A stretch of 64,000 bases of DNA, taken from positions 384,001 to 448,000 of the forward strand of contig CAWAMW010000017.1 in the NCBI GenBank assembly GCA_963783305.1. The letters run 5' to 3'. Below, piece after piece: positions 49,976 through 60,416 of this stretch. Within the stretch, counting starts at the first letter, position 1, and every line of letters begins with the position of its first letter. The stretch comes from an uncultured Gemmatimonadales bacterium (lineage in GTDB: Bacteria > Gemmatimonadota > Gemmatimonadetes > Longimicrobiales > RSA9). A program made the translations under genes and the position numbers. The notes beneath the pieces were generated by a model that worked only from the letters and a program-made list of their open reading frames with translations, made no database searches and was not told the DNA's origin.

Positions 49976-52186
49976 ATGTCCATTCATCGCCTGGTCCCTG
50001 CCGCTGCCGCCCTCCTGGTCGTATCGGGGTGCGCCGCGCATCATCCACCCGACGCCGAGCCCATGCAGAACTCCTCAGCCGCGCCGTCCTCCCCGGCGCT
50101 CCCCACACCCGCCGCCGCACCGGCCGACAACCCGCTCCTGGCGGAGTGGACCGGTCCCTATGGCGGCGTGCCGGCGTTCGACGCCATGGACCTGGCGGAC
50201 CTTCCGGCCGCCATCGAGACGTCCATGGCGATCCAGCTCGCCGAGATCGACGCCATCGCCTCTGATCCCGAGCCGGCCACGTTCGAGAACACCATCGTGC
50301 CGCTGGAGCGGGCGGGGCGGGACATGGACCGGGTCATGACCTATTACGGGATCTGGAGCTCGAACCGATCCTCGCCCGAGTTCCGTGCCATCCAGGGGGA
50401 GTTCGCACCAAAGCTCTCCGAGCACTACAGCCGCATCACCCAGAACGACGCCCTCTTCCGCCGCGTGAAGGCGGTGTACGAGGGCGACGAGATGGCGACG
50501 CTCAGGCCGGATCAGCGCCGGGTCGCCCAGCTCACGTATGACGGCTTCGCGCGGAACGGCGCCACGTTGACCGGCGCGGCGAAAGCGCGCTACGCCGCCA
50601 TCAACGAGCGGCTCGCGGAGTTGCACACGGCCTTCGCCAACAACGTCCTGGCCGACGAGGAGGGGTACGTCACCTTCATCACGGAGGATCAGGTCGGCGG
50701 GCTGCCGCAGTCCTTCGTCCGGGCGGCGGCGGCCGCGGCGGCGGAGCGAGGCCGTCCCGGTGAGTACGCCATCACCAACACCCGCTCCTCCATGGACCCC
50801 TTCCTCACCTTCTCCGAGGAGCGCGGACTGCGCGAGGAAGTCTGGCGCACCTACTACTCCCGCGGCGACAACGGCGACGCGCACGACAACAACGCCATCA
50901 TCGCCGAGATCCTGAAGCTGCGCGATGAGCGCGTCGCCCTCCTGGGTTACGACAACTACGCCAGCTGGCGCCTCGAGGACCGCATGGCGAAGACGCCCGA
51001 GCGCGCCTTCGACCTCATGGAGGCCGTCTGGCCCGCCGCCATCGCCCGCGTCGAAGAGGAGGTGGCCGACATGCAGGCCATCGCCGACGCCGATAACGCC
51101 GGCATCACCATCGAGCCGTGGGACTACCGCTTCTACGCCGAGAAGGTGCGGCAGTCGAAGTACGACCTCGACTCCGATCAGGTGAAGCAGTACCTCCAGC
51201 TCGCCAACCTCCGCGACGCCATGTTCTTCGTGGCCGGGGAGCTGTTCGGCTTCGAGTTCTCGCCCGTCCCCGACGGCACGGTCCCCGTCTTCCATCCCGA
51301 TGTGGAGGTCTTCGAGGTCACCGACCGCGCCACCGGCGAGCCCATCGGGGTCTGGTACCTCGACGCCTACGCCCGCACCGGCAAGCGCTCCGGCGCCTGG
51401 GCCACCACCTACCGCAGCCACGAGACGTTCGACGGCCAGCGCACGGTTCTGGGGTCGAACAATTCGAACTTCATCAAGGGCAGCCCCGGCGAGCCCGTCC
51501 TCATCTCATGGGACGACGCCACCACCCTCTTCCACGAGTTCGGCCACGCCCTTCACTACTTCTCGTCCAACGTCGCGTACCCCACGCTGAACGGCGGTGT
51601 GCGCGACTACACCGAGTTCCAGTCGCAGCTCCTGGAGCGCTGGCTGCTCACGGACCCCGTGATCGACAACTACCTGGTCCACTACCAGACCGGCGAGCCC
51701 ATGCCCGACGAGCTCGTGGCGAAGATCCGGAACGCCGCCACCTTCAACCAGGGCTTCGACACCACCGAGTACCTGGCCTCCGCGCTGGTGGACATGAAGT
51801 ACCACACCGCGGATCCCGCCGGCATCGACCCGGACGCCTTCGAGCGCCAGGCCCTCGCCGAGCTCGACATGCCCGACGAGCTCGTCATGCGCCACCGCAG
51901 CCCCCAGTTCGGCCACATCTTCAGCGGCGAGGGCTATTCCGCCGGCTATTACGGCTACATGTGGGCCGACGTGCTCACCGCCGACGCGGCCGAGGCCTTC
52001 CGGGAAGCGCCCGGGGGGTTCTACGACAAGGCGCTCGCGAAGAAGCTCGTGGAGCACCTCTTCGCGCCCCGCAACTCCGTGGACCCGGCGGAAGCCTACC
52101 GCGCGTTCCGGGGACGCGATGCCCGCATGGAAGCGCTCATGCGGGACCGGGGCTTCCCGGTGCCCGCGCCGGAGCCGGAGGACTGA
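49976..52186 (+). CDS. dcp: M3 family peptidyl-dipeptidase (Dcp-like) lipoprotein
   Basis: Lipobox VSGC, KRSGAW, HEFGH, HIFSG.GYSAGYY.Y.WA. Confidence 0.9.
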   Translation: MSIHRLVPAAAALLVVSGCAAHHPPDAEPMQNSSAAPSSPALPTPAAAPADNPLLAEWTGPYGGVPAFDAMDLADLPAAIETSMAIQLAEIDAIASDPEPATFENTIVPLERAGRDMDRVMTYYGIWSSNRSSPEFRAIQGEFAPKLSEHYSRITQNDALFRRVKAVYEGDEMATLRPDQRRVAQLTYDGFARNGATLTGAAKARYAAINERLAELHTAFANNVLADEEGYVTFITEDQVGGLPQSFVRAAAAAAAERGRPGEYAITNTRSSMDPFLTFSEERGLREEVWRTYYSRGDNGDAHDNNAIIAEILKLRDERVALLGYDNYASWRLEDRMAKTPERAFDLMEAVWPAAIARVEEEVADMQAIADADNAGITIEPWDYRFYAEKVRQSKYDLDSDQVKQYLQLANLRDAMFFVAGELFGFEFSPVPDGTVPVFHPDVEVFEVTDRATGEPIGVWYLDAYARTGKRSGAWATTYRSHETFDGQRTVLGSNNSNFIKGSPGEPVLISWDDATTLFHEFGHALHYFSSNVAYPTLNGGVRDYTEFQSQLLERWLLTDPVIDNYLVHYQTGEPMPDELVAKIRNAATFNQGFDTTEYLASALVDMKYHTADPAGIDPDAFERQALAELDMPDELVMRHRSPQFGHIFSGEGYSAGYYGYMWADVLTADAAEAFREAPGGFYDKALAKKLVEHLFAPRNSVDPAEAYRAFRGRDARMEALMRDRGFPVPAPEPED

Positions 52187-52204
52187 CGGTCGAGCGGCGG
52201 ACGA

Positions 52205-52633
52205 TCAGGGGCTGACGGCGATCGCGCTCAGCTCCACACGGATGCCGCGGAGGTCGGCGCCCACCACCGTGCGGGACGGCCAGGGCGCCGGCATCACCTC
52301 CCGGTACACCGCGTCGAAGCCGTCCCAGTCGGCCACGTCCTGGAGGTAGATCGTCATGGCGACCACGTCCTCCAGACCCGCGCCCGCGCTGGCGAGCACC
52401 GTCCGCAGGTTCTCCAGCACCGCCCGCGTCTGGCTCGCCAGGTCGTCGCCCGCCAGCTCGCCCGTGCGCAGGTCCCGCGGCACCTGGCCCGAGAGGAACA
52501 GCAGGCCGGCCGCCCGCGCGCCCCGGGAGTAGGCGCCCGTCGCGCGCGGCAGGTCATCACTCAGCTCGATGGGAGTCCAGCTTGGCGCCCGCCCGCCGGG
52601 CGTGGCGCTTTCGGTGGCTGACTTCTCGTTCAT
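52205..52633 (-). CDS. RidA/YjgF family protein
   Basis: GAYS, LFLSGQVP, PSRT, VEL. RBS AGGAGA. Confidence 0.9.
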   Translation of the reverse strand: MNEKSATESATPGGRAPSWTPIELSDDLPRATGAYSRGARAAGLLFLSGQVPRDLRTGELAGDDLASQTRAVLENLRTVLASAGAGLEDVVAMTIYLQDVADWDGFDAVYREVMPAPWPSRTVVGADLRGIRVELSAIAVSP

Positions 52634-52753
52634 GGCTATTCTCCTGGCTCTCGTTTCGCGCAACATGCGGCCGCGCCCGCGCCGTCACAACCAGCGGCTC
52701 CCGCGCCGGGCCGCGGGGTTCCGGCGATGGAACGTCCCGATTATCGTCCAGCC

Positions 52754-53248
52754 ATGATCCAGATACCGATACGTACCGACAGAGCGCACCGGATGGCGCT
52801 GCGCGCGCTGCTGACCCTCGCCCCGGTTGCGCTGCTCGCCGGCTGCGGCGATGACCCCACCGCGGTCGACGTGCGCGACGTGACGTTCGCCCCCGAGCTC
52901 GGGATCGACCTCGACGCCATGACCCGCACCCCCCAGGGGCTCTACTTCCGCGACGTGGAGCCGGGTGAGGGACCCCCCGCCGAGCCGGGCGCGCGCCTCG
53001 ACGTCTACTATCAGGGCTGGCTTCCCGACGGCACGCGATTCGACGCCCGCCGACCCCCCGCCGATCCGTTCTCCTTCGTCCTGGGCGCCGGCAGGGTCAT
53101 CGAGGGCTGGGACCGCGGCGTGGAGGGCATGCGACCCGGCGGCGTACGACTCCTGGTGATCCCGCCGTCCCTCGGCTACGGCGACGCCCGCAACGGCCCT
53201 ATCCCCGCCAACTCGGTCCTGGTCTTCGAGGTCGAGCGGGCGCCGTAG
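52754..53248 (+). CDS. FKBP-type peptidyl-prolyl isomerase lipoprotein
   Basis: Lipobox LAGC, Y.G...DGT.FD, VIEGWD.G, IPP.LGYG. Confidence 0.92.
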   Translation: MIQIPIRTDRAHRMALRALLTLAPVALLAGCGDDPTAVDVRDVTFAPELGIDLDAMTRTPQGLYFRDVEPGEGPPAEPGARLDVYYQGWLPDGTRFDARRPPADPFSFVLGAGRVIEGWDRGVEGMRPGGVRLLVIPPSLGYGDARNGPIPANSVLVFEVERAP

Positions 53249-53296
53249 CCGAAGGGCGGCGGGGGTCAGAACACCGAGCCGTCGGGCGCGCCGGGC

Positions 53297-53425
53297 TGTT
53301 CGGAACGGGACACACGACGCCCGCTCATGGGACGTCCGCCCCGCCCCAGCCGGCAGTTGTGCTCGCTCCAAGCGATTGACGCCCAACGGATTACCGCCTT
53401 ATACGCTGCGTAGCACGGGCATTGC
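53297..53425 (+). promoter_or_regulatory. Putative enhancer + IHF-like site + sigma54-like promoter
   Basis: Near-palindrome TGTTCGGAACGGGACA, then CAACGGATTA, then TAGCAC-GGGCA-TTGC (AG instead of GG). Confidence 0.45.
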
Positions 53426-53470
53426 CTCGTTCGGTACGCATGGCATCCCCCCCGCGGAAGACCGAACTCG

Positions 53471-55888
53471 ATGGGCACCAACCGTAACGACCTCCGCTTC
53501 GCGCTGCGCCAGCTCCGGCGGCAGCCTGGCTTCACCTTCATCGCCGTGGCGACGCTGGCCATCGGCATCGGCGCGGCGACGGCTGTTTTCAACGCGGCCG
53601 AGGTCGCCCTGTACCGGCCGCTGCCCATGGAGCACCAGGACCGCCTCGTTCGGATCTACCGGGTTCCGGAGGCCGGCACGCCGTGGATCAGCCTGCGGCC
53701 CGCGACGTTCGCGACCGTGGAGCGCAACGGCCGCTTCTTCGACCGGATCGTGGGCCAGCGGTACACGACCCTCGTGCGCCCGACGGAATCGGGACCGGAG
53801 CGCCTGGTGGGGATCGCCGTCACCGCCGGCTGGGCCGAAACGCTGGGGGTGGACGTGCACCTGGGCCGGTCGTTCTCGCCGGACGAGGAGCGACTGGGCG
53901 CGGCCGCGGCCGTGGCGCTGCTCAGCTACGGCGCGTGGCAGCGCCTCTTCGGGGGCGACCCGGCGGCCCTCGGTCGCACGCTGGTCCTGAACGAGCAGCC
54001 ACACACCGTGGTGGGCGTCATGGAGCGGGGCCTCCGCTACCCGTACAACGCCGACGTGTGGCTGCCCATGCGGGTCGAGGACGAGCAGGTTGGGCCGTGG
54101 TCCTACAACGCGCTGGCACGCCTCCGCCCGGGCGTCACCCTGGACGCGGCGCGGGAGGAGCTGGCCTCGCTGGCCCAGGAGGTCGCCCGCACCGGCGAGG
54201 CGCCGTCGCTCCAGGCCGAGGGCATGACGCTCACCGCCATTCCGTTCAGACAGCTGTTCGTGGGCGAAGAAGGTCGCACGTCGGTGGCGCTGCTGGGCGC
54301 CGTGTCGTTCCTCCTGCTGATCGTATGCGCGAACCTGGCCAACCTTCTGGTGGCCAGGGGTCTGAACCGGACGCGGGAGCTGGCGTTACGGTCGAGCCTG
54401 GGCGCGACCCGGGGTCGTCTGGTCCGACAGCTCCTGACCGAGAGCCTGGTCCTGGGCGGCATGGGCGCCGCCCTGGGCGTTTTCCTGGCCTACCTGGGCA
54501 GCGGCCTGGCCCAGCCGCTGCTCCCGAGTCGCCTCGAGTTCGTGGAGGCCACCGTCAGCATGAACGGCACCGTGCTCGCTTTCGCCGTGGGCCTGGCGCT
54601 CCTCAGCACGCTCCTCTTCGGCCTCCTGCCCGCCCTCCGGCTGTCCTCCGCAGGCCCGGCCACCGACGCGCTCCGCAGCCGGTCGGGGGGACCGGACCGC
54701 CGGGGCCGCAGCCTCGGCAATGGGCTGGTGGTGGCCGAGATCGCCCTGGGCGTCGTGCTACTCACCGCCGCAGGGCTCGTGGTTCAGGACCTCCGTCGCC
54801 TCGAGCGCCAGGACCTGGGCTACGACCCAGCCGGGCTCCTCACCTTCTCCGTCCCGCTCCAGCGCGGCGCGTACGCCGACTCCACCGGCCGCACCGCGTT
54901 CCTCGCCCGCGCCGAGACCGGGCTGCGCGCCGTCCCGGGCATCCGGGCCGCGGGCGTGACCACCATGTTCCCCTCCGACAACGGCAACGCCCTCGCCCCC
55001 ATCCAGGTGGCCGGGCGCGAGGAAGATCAGCGGGGCGAGCGGCCCCTGCTCAATCACCGGCTGGTCACGCCAGGGTTCTTCGACGCGTTGGGGCTGCCCG
55101 TCCTCCAGGGCCGCGGAATCGAGGAGCGCGACCGGGCCGGCACCCTCCCCGTCGCGGTGGTGAGCGCCAGCGCCGCCCGGAAGCTCTGGCCCGACCAGGA
55201 CCCCATTGGACAGCAGATCCGGCCGACGTGGTCTGAGGACGCGGAATGGCTCACGGTCGTGGGCGTCGTGGCCGACGTACGGCAGTTCTACGACGTCGCC
55301 GAGAGCTGGTACCTGCCGTACGCCCAGCACGCCGGCAGCGGAAACGCGTCCAGCGCCACCTTCGCGGTCCGGACCGGCGGCGCCGCGGCGGCCGCCGCAC
55401 CGTCCGTCCGGAGCGCCATGAGCCGGGTGGCGCCCGACCTCCCCCTCGAGGATCTGCTGCCGGCCGTCGCGCTCCATGAAGCGTCGCTCACCCGCCAGCG
55501 GCAGGGCGCGCGGCTGAGCGCCGCCTTCTCCGCCTTCGGCCTGCTCCTCGCCGCCATGGGCCTCTACGGCGCCATCGCCTACACCGTCAACCGGCGCCGG
55601 CGCGAGTTCGGGATCCGGCTCGCCCTCGGTGGCGACGCCCGCCGCGTCGTGGGGTCCGTGCTGCGCCAGGCCGTGGGGCTGGTCGCAGTCGGCGTCGCCC
55701 TCGGCGCCGTGGCGGCGCTGGCCGCCACCCGGCTTCTCGCCCACGCCCTCGAGACCGTCCACGGCTTCGACCCCGTCAGCTTCGGCATCGCCGTCCTCAC
55801 CATGGCCCTCACCGCCCTCGCCGCCGTCATCGTGCCCGCACGCCGCGCCGCACGGGTCGAGCCGGCGACGGTGCTGCGGGAGGAGTAG
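53471..55888 (+). CDS. ADOP-type duplicated MacB/FtsX ABC permease
   Basis: DLRFALRQL...PGFT, LLIVCANLANL, RELALR.SLGA, REFGIRLALG, ARRAARVEP. Confidence 0.92.
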   Translation: MGTNRNDLRFALRQLRRQPGFTFIAVATLAIGIGAATAVFNAAEVALYRPLPMEHQDRLVRIYRVPEAGTPWISLRPATFATVERNGRFFDRIVGQRYTTLVRPTESGPERLVGIAVTAGWAETLGVDVHLGRSFSPDEERLGAAAAVALLSYGAWQRLFGGDPAALGRTLVLNEQPHTVVGVMERGLRYPYNADVWLPMRVEDEQVGPWSYNALARLRPGVTLDAAREELASLAQEVARTGEAPSLQAEGMTLTAIPFRQLFVGEEGRTSVALLGAVSFLLLIVCANLANLLVARGLNRTRELALRSSLGATRGRLVRQLLTESLVLGGMGAALGVFLAYLGSGLAQPLLPSRLEFVEATVSMNGTVLAFAVGLALLSTLLFGLLPALRLSSAGPATDALRSRSGGPDRRGRSLGNGLVVAEIALGVVLLTAAGLVVQDLRRLERQDLGYDPAGLLTFSVPLQRGAYADSTGRTAFLARAETGLRAVPGIRAAGVTTMFPSDNGNALAPIQVAGREEDQRGERPLLNHRLVTPGFFDALGLPVLQGRGIEERDRAGTLPVAVVSASAARKLWPDQDPIGQQIRPTWSEDAEWLTVVGVVADVRQFYDVAESWYLPYAQHAGSGNASSATFAVRTGGAAAAAAPSVRSAMSRVAPDLPLEDLLPAVALHEASLTRQRQGARLSAAFSAFGLLLAAMGLYGAIAYTVNRRRREFGIRLALGGDARRVVGSVLRQAVGLVAVGVALGAVAALAATRLLAHALETVHGFDPVSFGIAVLTMALTALAAVIVPARRAARVEPATVLREE

Positions 55889-55912
55889 AAGCGGCCCACG
55901 AAGCCCCGCCCG

Positions 55913-55928
55913 TGGCAAGGTCGTTGCA
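55913..55928 (+). promoter_or_regulatory. Sigma54 (-24/-12) promoter
   Basis: TGGCAA-GGTCG-TTGCA, 48 nt upstream of the ATG at 55977. Confidence 0.7.
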
Positions 55929-55976
55929 CCGGTTCCGGGCGGGAGTCAGGCGCAGTTCACCGACCTTGGAGGACCC

Positions 55977-56216
55977 ATGGCCAACGATCCGATCCACTCC
56001 GACACCAACGACCAGATTCCGGACCCGGTCGCAGTGTACGAACGGCAGGGCGAGGCCGGGCTCCGGGACCGCCTCGATGGGCTGGACCGCGACGCCCTCG
56101 AGAGGGTCGTGCGCGCCCACCCCCCCCACCACACCGTGCCGCCCGCGCTGCAAACGCTCTCCGACGACGAGCTGATCGGATACATCGTGGACGGCGCCAG
56201 GCGGAACGCCGACTGA
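55977..56216 (+). CDS. Small hypothetical protein (79 aa)
   Basis: RBS GGAGG, helical DPVAVY..GE.GLR.RL. Co-oriented with the next gene. Confidence 0.7.
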   Translation: MANDPIHSDTNDQIPDPVAVYERQGEAGLRDRLDGLDRDALERVVRAHPPHHTVPPALQTLSDDELIGYIVDGARRNAD

Positions 56217-56239
56217 GAGACACGCGAACGGAGGCACAT

Positions 56240-57760
56240 ATGGGCGGCGACGACGAGGAGCTGAAGGGTCCGGACCTGGGGGCGGGTGTGGCGCTGGACG
56301 CGCTGGAGGACGGAACGCCGTTCGTGGGCCACGCCGACGGCGAGGCGGTGCTTCTGCTCCGTCGGGGCGGTGAGGTGCTGGCCATCGGCGCCACGTGTAC
56401 CCACTACGGCGGGCCCCTGGCCGAGGGGAAGGTGGATGGCGACCGGGTGTACTGCCCCTGGCATCACGCCTGTTTCTCACTCCGCTCAGGCGAGGCGCTG
56501 GAGGCGCCAGCACTGAACCCCGTGGCCCGCTGGACCGTGGAGGTCGAGGACGGGCGTGTTCGGGTCACCGGGAAAGACGAGCCCGACCCCCTGGACCCCC
56601 GGGGCCGCTCGGCCGACGGGCCGGAGTCCGTGGTGATCATCGGGGCCGGCGCCGCCGGGAGCGCCGCGGCGGAGATGCTCCGTCGCCAGGGGTACGACGG
56701 GCCCGTCACCCTCGTGGACCCCGAGGAGCTGGCGCCCTACGACCGCCCCAACCTCTCCAAGGACTTCCTCGCAGGGGACGCGCCGGAGGAGTGGATCCCG
56801 CTCCGGGGGGAGGGCTTCTACGAGGAGCACGGGATCGATCGGGTGGTGGCCACCGTCGAGTCGCTGGACACCGACGCCCGGGAGGTCCGGCTCTCCAACG
56901 GCGATACCCTCACCTACGGCGCGCTCCTGATGGCCACGGGCGCATCGCCACGCCGGCTGGACGTCCCGGGCGCGGAGCTCGGCCACGTCCACACCCTCCG
57001 GTCGCTGGCCGACTGCCGGCGGATCATCGACGACGCGGACGGAGCGGAGCGGGCGGTCGTCGTGGGATCGAGCTTCATCGGGATGGAGAGCGCCGCGGCG
57101 CTCCGGGGGCGTGGTCTGGACGTGGCCGTGGTGTCGAAAGACGCGCTCCCGTTCGCGCGCTCCCTGGGCCCGTCCATCGGCCGGTACCTGCTGGGCGTGC
57201 ACCAGGAGAACGGCGTGGCCTTCCACCCGGAGCGCACCGTGGCCCGGATCGATCCGGGCTCCGTGACGCTGGACGACGGCACCACCCTCGACGCCGACCT
57301 GGTGCTGGTGGGCATCGGCGTGGTCCCCGAGACCGGGCTGGCGGAGGCGGCCGGGCTCCAGGTGGACGACGGCGTCGTGGTGGACGAGCGGCTCCGGACC
57401 CCCACCGCCGGGGTCTGGGCCGCCGGCGACATCGCCCGCTACCCCGACCCCAGGAGCGGCCAGCGCGTCCGGGTCGAGCACTGGGTCCACGCCCAGCGCA
57501 CCGGTCAGACGGCGGCCCGGAGCATCCTGGGCACCGACGGCGCGTACACCCAGGCCCCGTTCTTCTGGACGAACCAGTTCGACGCCAAGGTCAGCTACGT
57601 GGGCCACGCCCCCGAATGGGACGAGGCCGTGGAGGAGGGCGACCCCGCCTCGGGCGACGGCGTGGTCCGCCTCATGGCCGGCGGCCGCGAGCTCGCCGTG
57701 GTGGCCGTGGGCCGGGGCGACGCCACCTTGGACGCGGAGGTCCGCTGGCGCGACGGGTGA
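56240..57760 (+). CDS. Rieske [2Fe-2S]-FAD oxidoreductase (AIF-like)
   Basis: CTHYG/CPWH Rieske motif, IIGAGAAG, YDRPNLSK, GSSFIG, AAGD, RVEHW, PFFWT. Confidence 0.92.
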   Translation: MGGDDEELKGPDLGAGVALDALEDGTPFVGHADGEAVLLLRRGGEVLAIGATCTHYGGPLAEGKVDGDRVYCPWHHACFSLRSGEALEAPALNPVARWTVEVEDGRVRVTGKDEPDPLDPRGRSADGPESVVIIGAGAAGSAAAEMLRRQGYDGPVTLVDPEELAPYDRPNLSKDFLAGDAPEEWIPLRGEGFYEEHGIDRVVATVESLDTDAREVRLSNGDTLTYGALLMATGASPRRLDVPGAELGHVHTLRSLADCRRIIDDADGAERAVVVGSSFIGMESAAALRGRGLDVAVVSKDALPFARSLGPSIGRYLLGVHQENGVAFHPERTVARIDPGSVTLDDGTTLDADLVLVGIGVVPETGLAEAAGLQVDDGVVVDERLRTPTAGVWAAGDIARYPDPRSGQRVRVEHWVHAQRTGQTAARSILGTDGAYTQAPFFWTNQFDAKVSYVGHAPEWDEAVEEGDPASGDGVVRLMAGGRELAVVAVGRGDATLDAEVRWRDG

Positions 57761-57914
57761 CAGCGGACGCCGGTCGGCGTCCATGACCTGCGGATGGACC
57801 CATCCCCGGGCCGGGCGTGGGGAGCGCTCCCACCCCGGTCGCCCATGATCGGCGTCGGGCTCCTGGCCAGAGCTCGGTCGCGCGGGGGGACCGCCGGCCG
57901 TACTGTCCTTTGAC

Positions 57915-59453
57915 ATGGGTCCATCGAACCGAAACCGAGCCGCCGACGTGATGTCACACTGCCGCCCCTTCCGCGCCCACCCACTCCTTCTCCTCGCGAT
58001 CCTGACCTCCGCCGCCGGCAGCGCCGCACCGCTGACCGCACAGGAGCTCCAGCAGGAAGAGAGTTGGGACTACTGGGCGCCGCAGCGCGAGATGGTCCGC
58101 CGCGGACAGCAGGCGATTCTGACCTGCAACGGACTCTTCACCTCCCACCGGACGCTGGAGCAGGTCTACGAGCGGGAGCTGGCGTTCTTCGTGGAGCCCG
58201 GCCCCATCGGGTCGCCGGACGGCGGCGACTACGCCATCGACGAGGACCGCCGCGCCGTCGCCATCGGGGACCCGGCCACCGGCCCGGTCATGCGCGCCGC
58301 CTTCCGCGACGGAATCGGGTGCGTCATCATGGCCCCCGATCAGGACTTCGACGACATCGACGACCTTCCGGCGATCCGGACGCCGCCGCTCCCGGGCGAC
58401 CCGAACACCATCCCCTGGCCCGATGGCGACCTCGTGGAGGACGCGCCGCTCCCGCCCGGCATCGACGCCGCCGCGCTCCAGGCCGCGTCCGACTGGGCCT
58501 TCGACCGCGAGTCGCCGTTCCAGCACACGATCTCCCTCGTCATCGTCCACGACGGCCGGATCATCCACGAGCGCTACGCACCCGGCTTCGACCGCCAAAC
58601 GCGCACCCGCACGTGGTCCACCGCCAAGAGCATCGCCGTTACGCTCATCGGCATCCTGGTGGACGACGACCGCATGGCGCTGGACGCGCCGCTGGCCCTG
58701 GACTGGCTGCCGGAGGTCCGGTCGCCGGAGACCGACCCGCGCGACGCCATCACACTCCGTAACGCCCTCCACATGTCCACCGGGCTCTACCCCATCGACT
58801 TCGGCGGCCTCGAGTACGCCACCGGCTCCGGCCTCGGCTACTGGGCCGGCGCCAGCTCCGTCCGCCTCGCCCTCGACCGCGGGCTCATCCGCGACCCCGG
58901 CACATACTGGGACTACGAGAACTCCGAGACGCTCCTGGCCGTCCGGAAGATGAAGGAAGCGCTTTGCGAAGACGCCGGGGCCGGCTCCGACGCCGCCACC
59001 TGCGACGCGTACCACTCGTTCCCCCGATCCGCGCTCCTGGACCGCATCGGTATGCGGAACACCCTCCTCAGCACCGACCGGTTCGGCGACTTCATCCTCA
59101 GCAGCCAGGTCTATACCAACGCCCGCGACCTCGCCCGCTTCGGACTCCTCTACGCCAACGGCGGCACCTGGAACGGGGAGCGCATCATCAGCCGGGAGTG
59201 GATCGACTTCGTCCGCGCACCCGCGCCCGCCACCGTCGGCATCGGCAGCTTCTACGGCGGCCAGTTCTGGCTCGTCCCCACCGACCGCCACGACGTCCCC
59301 GCCGGCGCGTACACCACCGCCGGCAACCGCGGCCAGTACGTCATCATCGACCCGTCCCACGACCTGGTCATCGTCCGTCGCGGACTGGACTGGGGGCAGC
59401 AGGGGTTCGGCGAGTGGGACCTGCTGCGGGAGGTCCTGCGGGCGTTCCGGTAG
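57915..59453 (+). CDS. Serine hydrolase, beta-lactamase class C-like family
   Basis: Signal peptide, STAK (SxxK), YEN, ARDLARFG, GNRGQ. Start may be 57951. Confidence 0.88.
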   Translation: MGPSNRNRAADVMSHCRPFRAHPLLLLAILTSAAGSAAPLTAQELQQEESWDYWAPQREMVRRGQQAILTCNGLFTSHRTLEQVYERELAFFVEPGPIGSPDGGDYAIDEDRRAVAIGDPATGPVMRAAFRDGIGCVIMAPDQDFDDIDDLPAIRTPPLPGDPNTIPWPDGDLVEDAPLPPGIDAAALQAASDWAFDRESPFQHTISLVIVHDGRIIHERYAPGFDRQTRTRTWSTAKSIAVTLIGILVDDDRMALDAPLALDWLPEVRSPETDPRDAITLRNALHMSTGLYPIDFGGLEYATGSGLGYWAGASSVRLALDRGLIRDPGTYWDYENSETLLAVRKMKEALCEDAGAGSDAATCDAYHSFPRSALLDRIGMRNTLLSTDRFGDFILSSQVYTNARDLARFGLLYANGGTWNGERIISREWIDFVRAPAPATVGIGSFYGGQFWLVPTDRHDVPAGAYTTAGNRGQYVIIDPSHDLVIVRRGLDWGQQGFGEWDLLREVLRAFR

Positions 59454-59465
59454 GCCATCCGTCCG

Positions 59466-60416
59466 TCATGTCGCGGCCGCCCGCAGCCCGGCGATGTCGA
59501 TCTTCTTCATCCGGAGCATCGCGTCCATGACCCGTCCCGCCCGCTCGGGATCGGGGTCCGACAGCAGCTCGGTCAGCGCGCTGGGTACGATCTGCCACGA
59601 CACGCCATACCGGTCCTTCAACCAGCCGCACTGCTCGGCGCCGGGGACCGCGGAAAGCCGCTCCCAGTAGTGGTCCACCTCCTCCTGTGACGCGCAGTGC
59701 ACCACGAACGAGACGGCCTCGTTGAAGGTGAAGCCGTGGTCCTGCGCGCTGTCCATGGCGGCGAACAGCCGGCCCTCGAGGACGAAGTCGGCGAACATGA
59801 CCGCGTCCGCGGCGTCGGGCTCCCGGCCGGGGCCGTAGCGGTGGATGGCGAGGGGTCGGGCATCGTCGAACACGGACGTGTAGAAGCCGATGGCCTCCTC
59901 GGCCTTTCCGCATACGTCACCGGTGAACATCAGCGACGGGAATATGGACTGCCGGACCTCTTCTTCCGCCAGCATCACCTGCCACGACACCCCGTACCGG
60001 TCCTGGATCCACCCGTACTTCGGGCTGAACGGGTAGGCATTGAGAGGCATGAGGGCCGTGCCGCCGTCGGAGAGCGCCGACCACATCTCGTCGACCTCCC
60101 CCACCGTGTCGCCGATGGCGAAGAAGGAGATGGCGGGCGTGAAGGTGAAGTGCGGGCCGCCATTGAGCGCGGTGAAGTCGTGGCCCGTCAGCCGGAACGC
60201 CACCGTCATCACCGACCCCGGCTCCGGCCCGCGGGCGTCGCCGCCTGCCGCCTCGGGGCCCGCCTCAGGGTAGCGCGCGACCGCACCCATCTCCGAGTCG
60301 CGGAAGACGGACGTGTAGAAGCGAGCCGCCTCCTCGGCCTGGTCGTTGAACCAGAGGAACGACGTTATCTTCTGCCCCCCCGGAGCGGCGTGCTCGGGAC
60401 CGCCCCACTCAGTCAT
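59466..60416 (-). CDS. VOC family protein (tandem PhnB-like domains)
   Basis: FLWF..QAEEA..FY, DRYGVSWQ twice, CGWLKD, MKKIDI. Confidence 0.9.
   Translation of the reverse strand: MTEWGGPEHAAPGGQKITSFLWFNDQAEEAARFYTSVFRDSEMGAVARYPEAGPEAAGGDARGPEPGSVMTVAFRLTGHDFTALNGGPHFTFTPAISFFAIGDTVGEVDEMWSALSDGGTALMPLNAYPFSPKYGWIQDRYGVSWQVMLAEEEVRQSIFPSLMFTGDVCGKAEEAIGFYTSVFDDARPLAIHRYGPGREPDAADAVMFADFVLEGRLFAAMDSAQDHGFTFNEAVSFVVHCASQEEVDHYWERLSAVPGAEQCGWLKDRYGVSWQIVPSALTELLSDPDPERAGRVMDAMLRMKKIDIAGLRAAAT

Noticed and set aside
57915..59453. Antibiotic-resistance beta-lactamase
   Set aside because: It has SxxK and YxN but a large N-terminal extension and no KTG-type triad, so a generic serine hydrolase is more likely.
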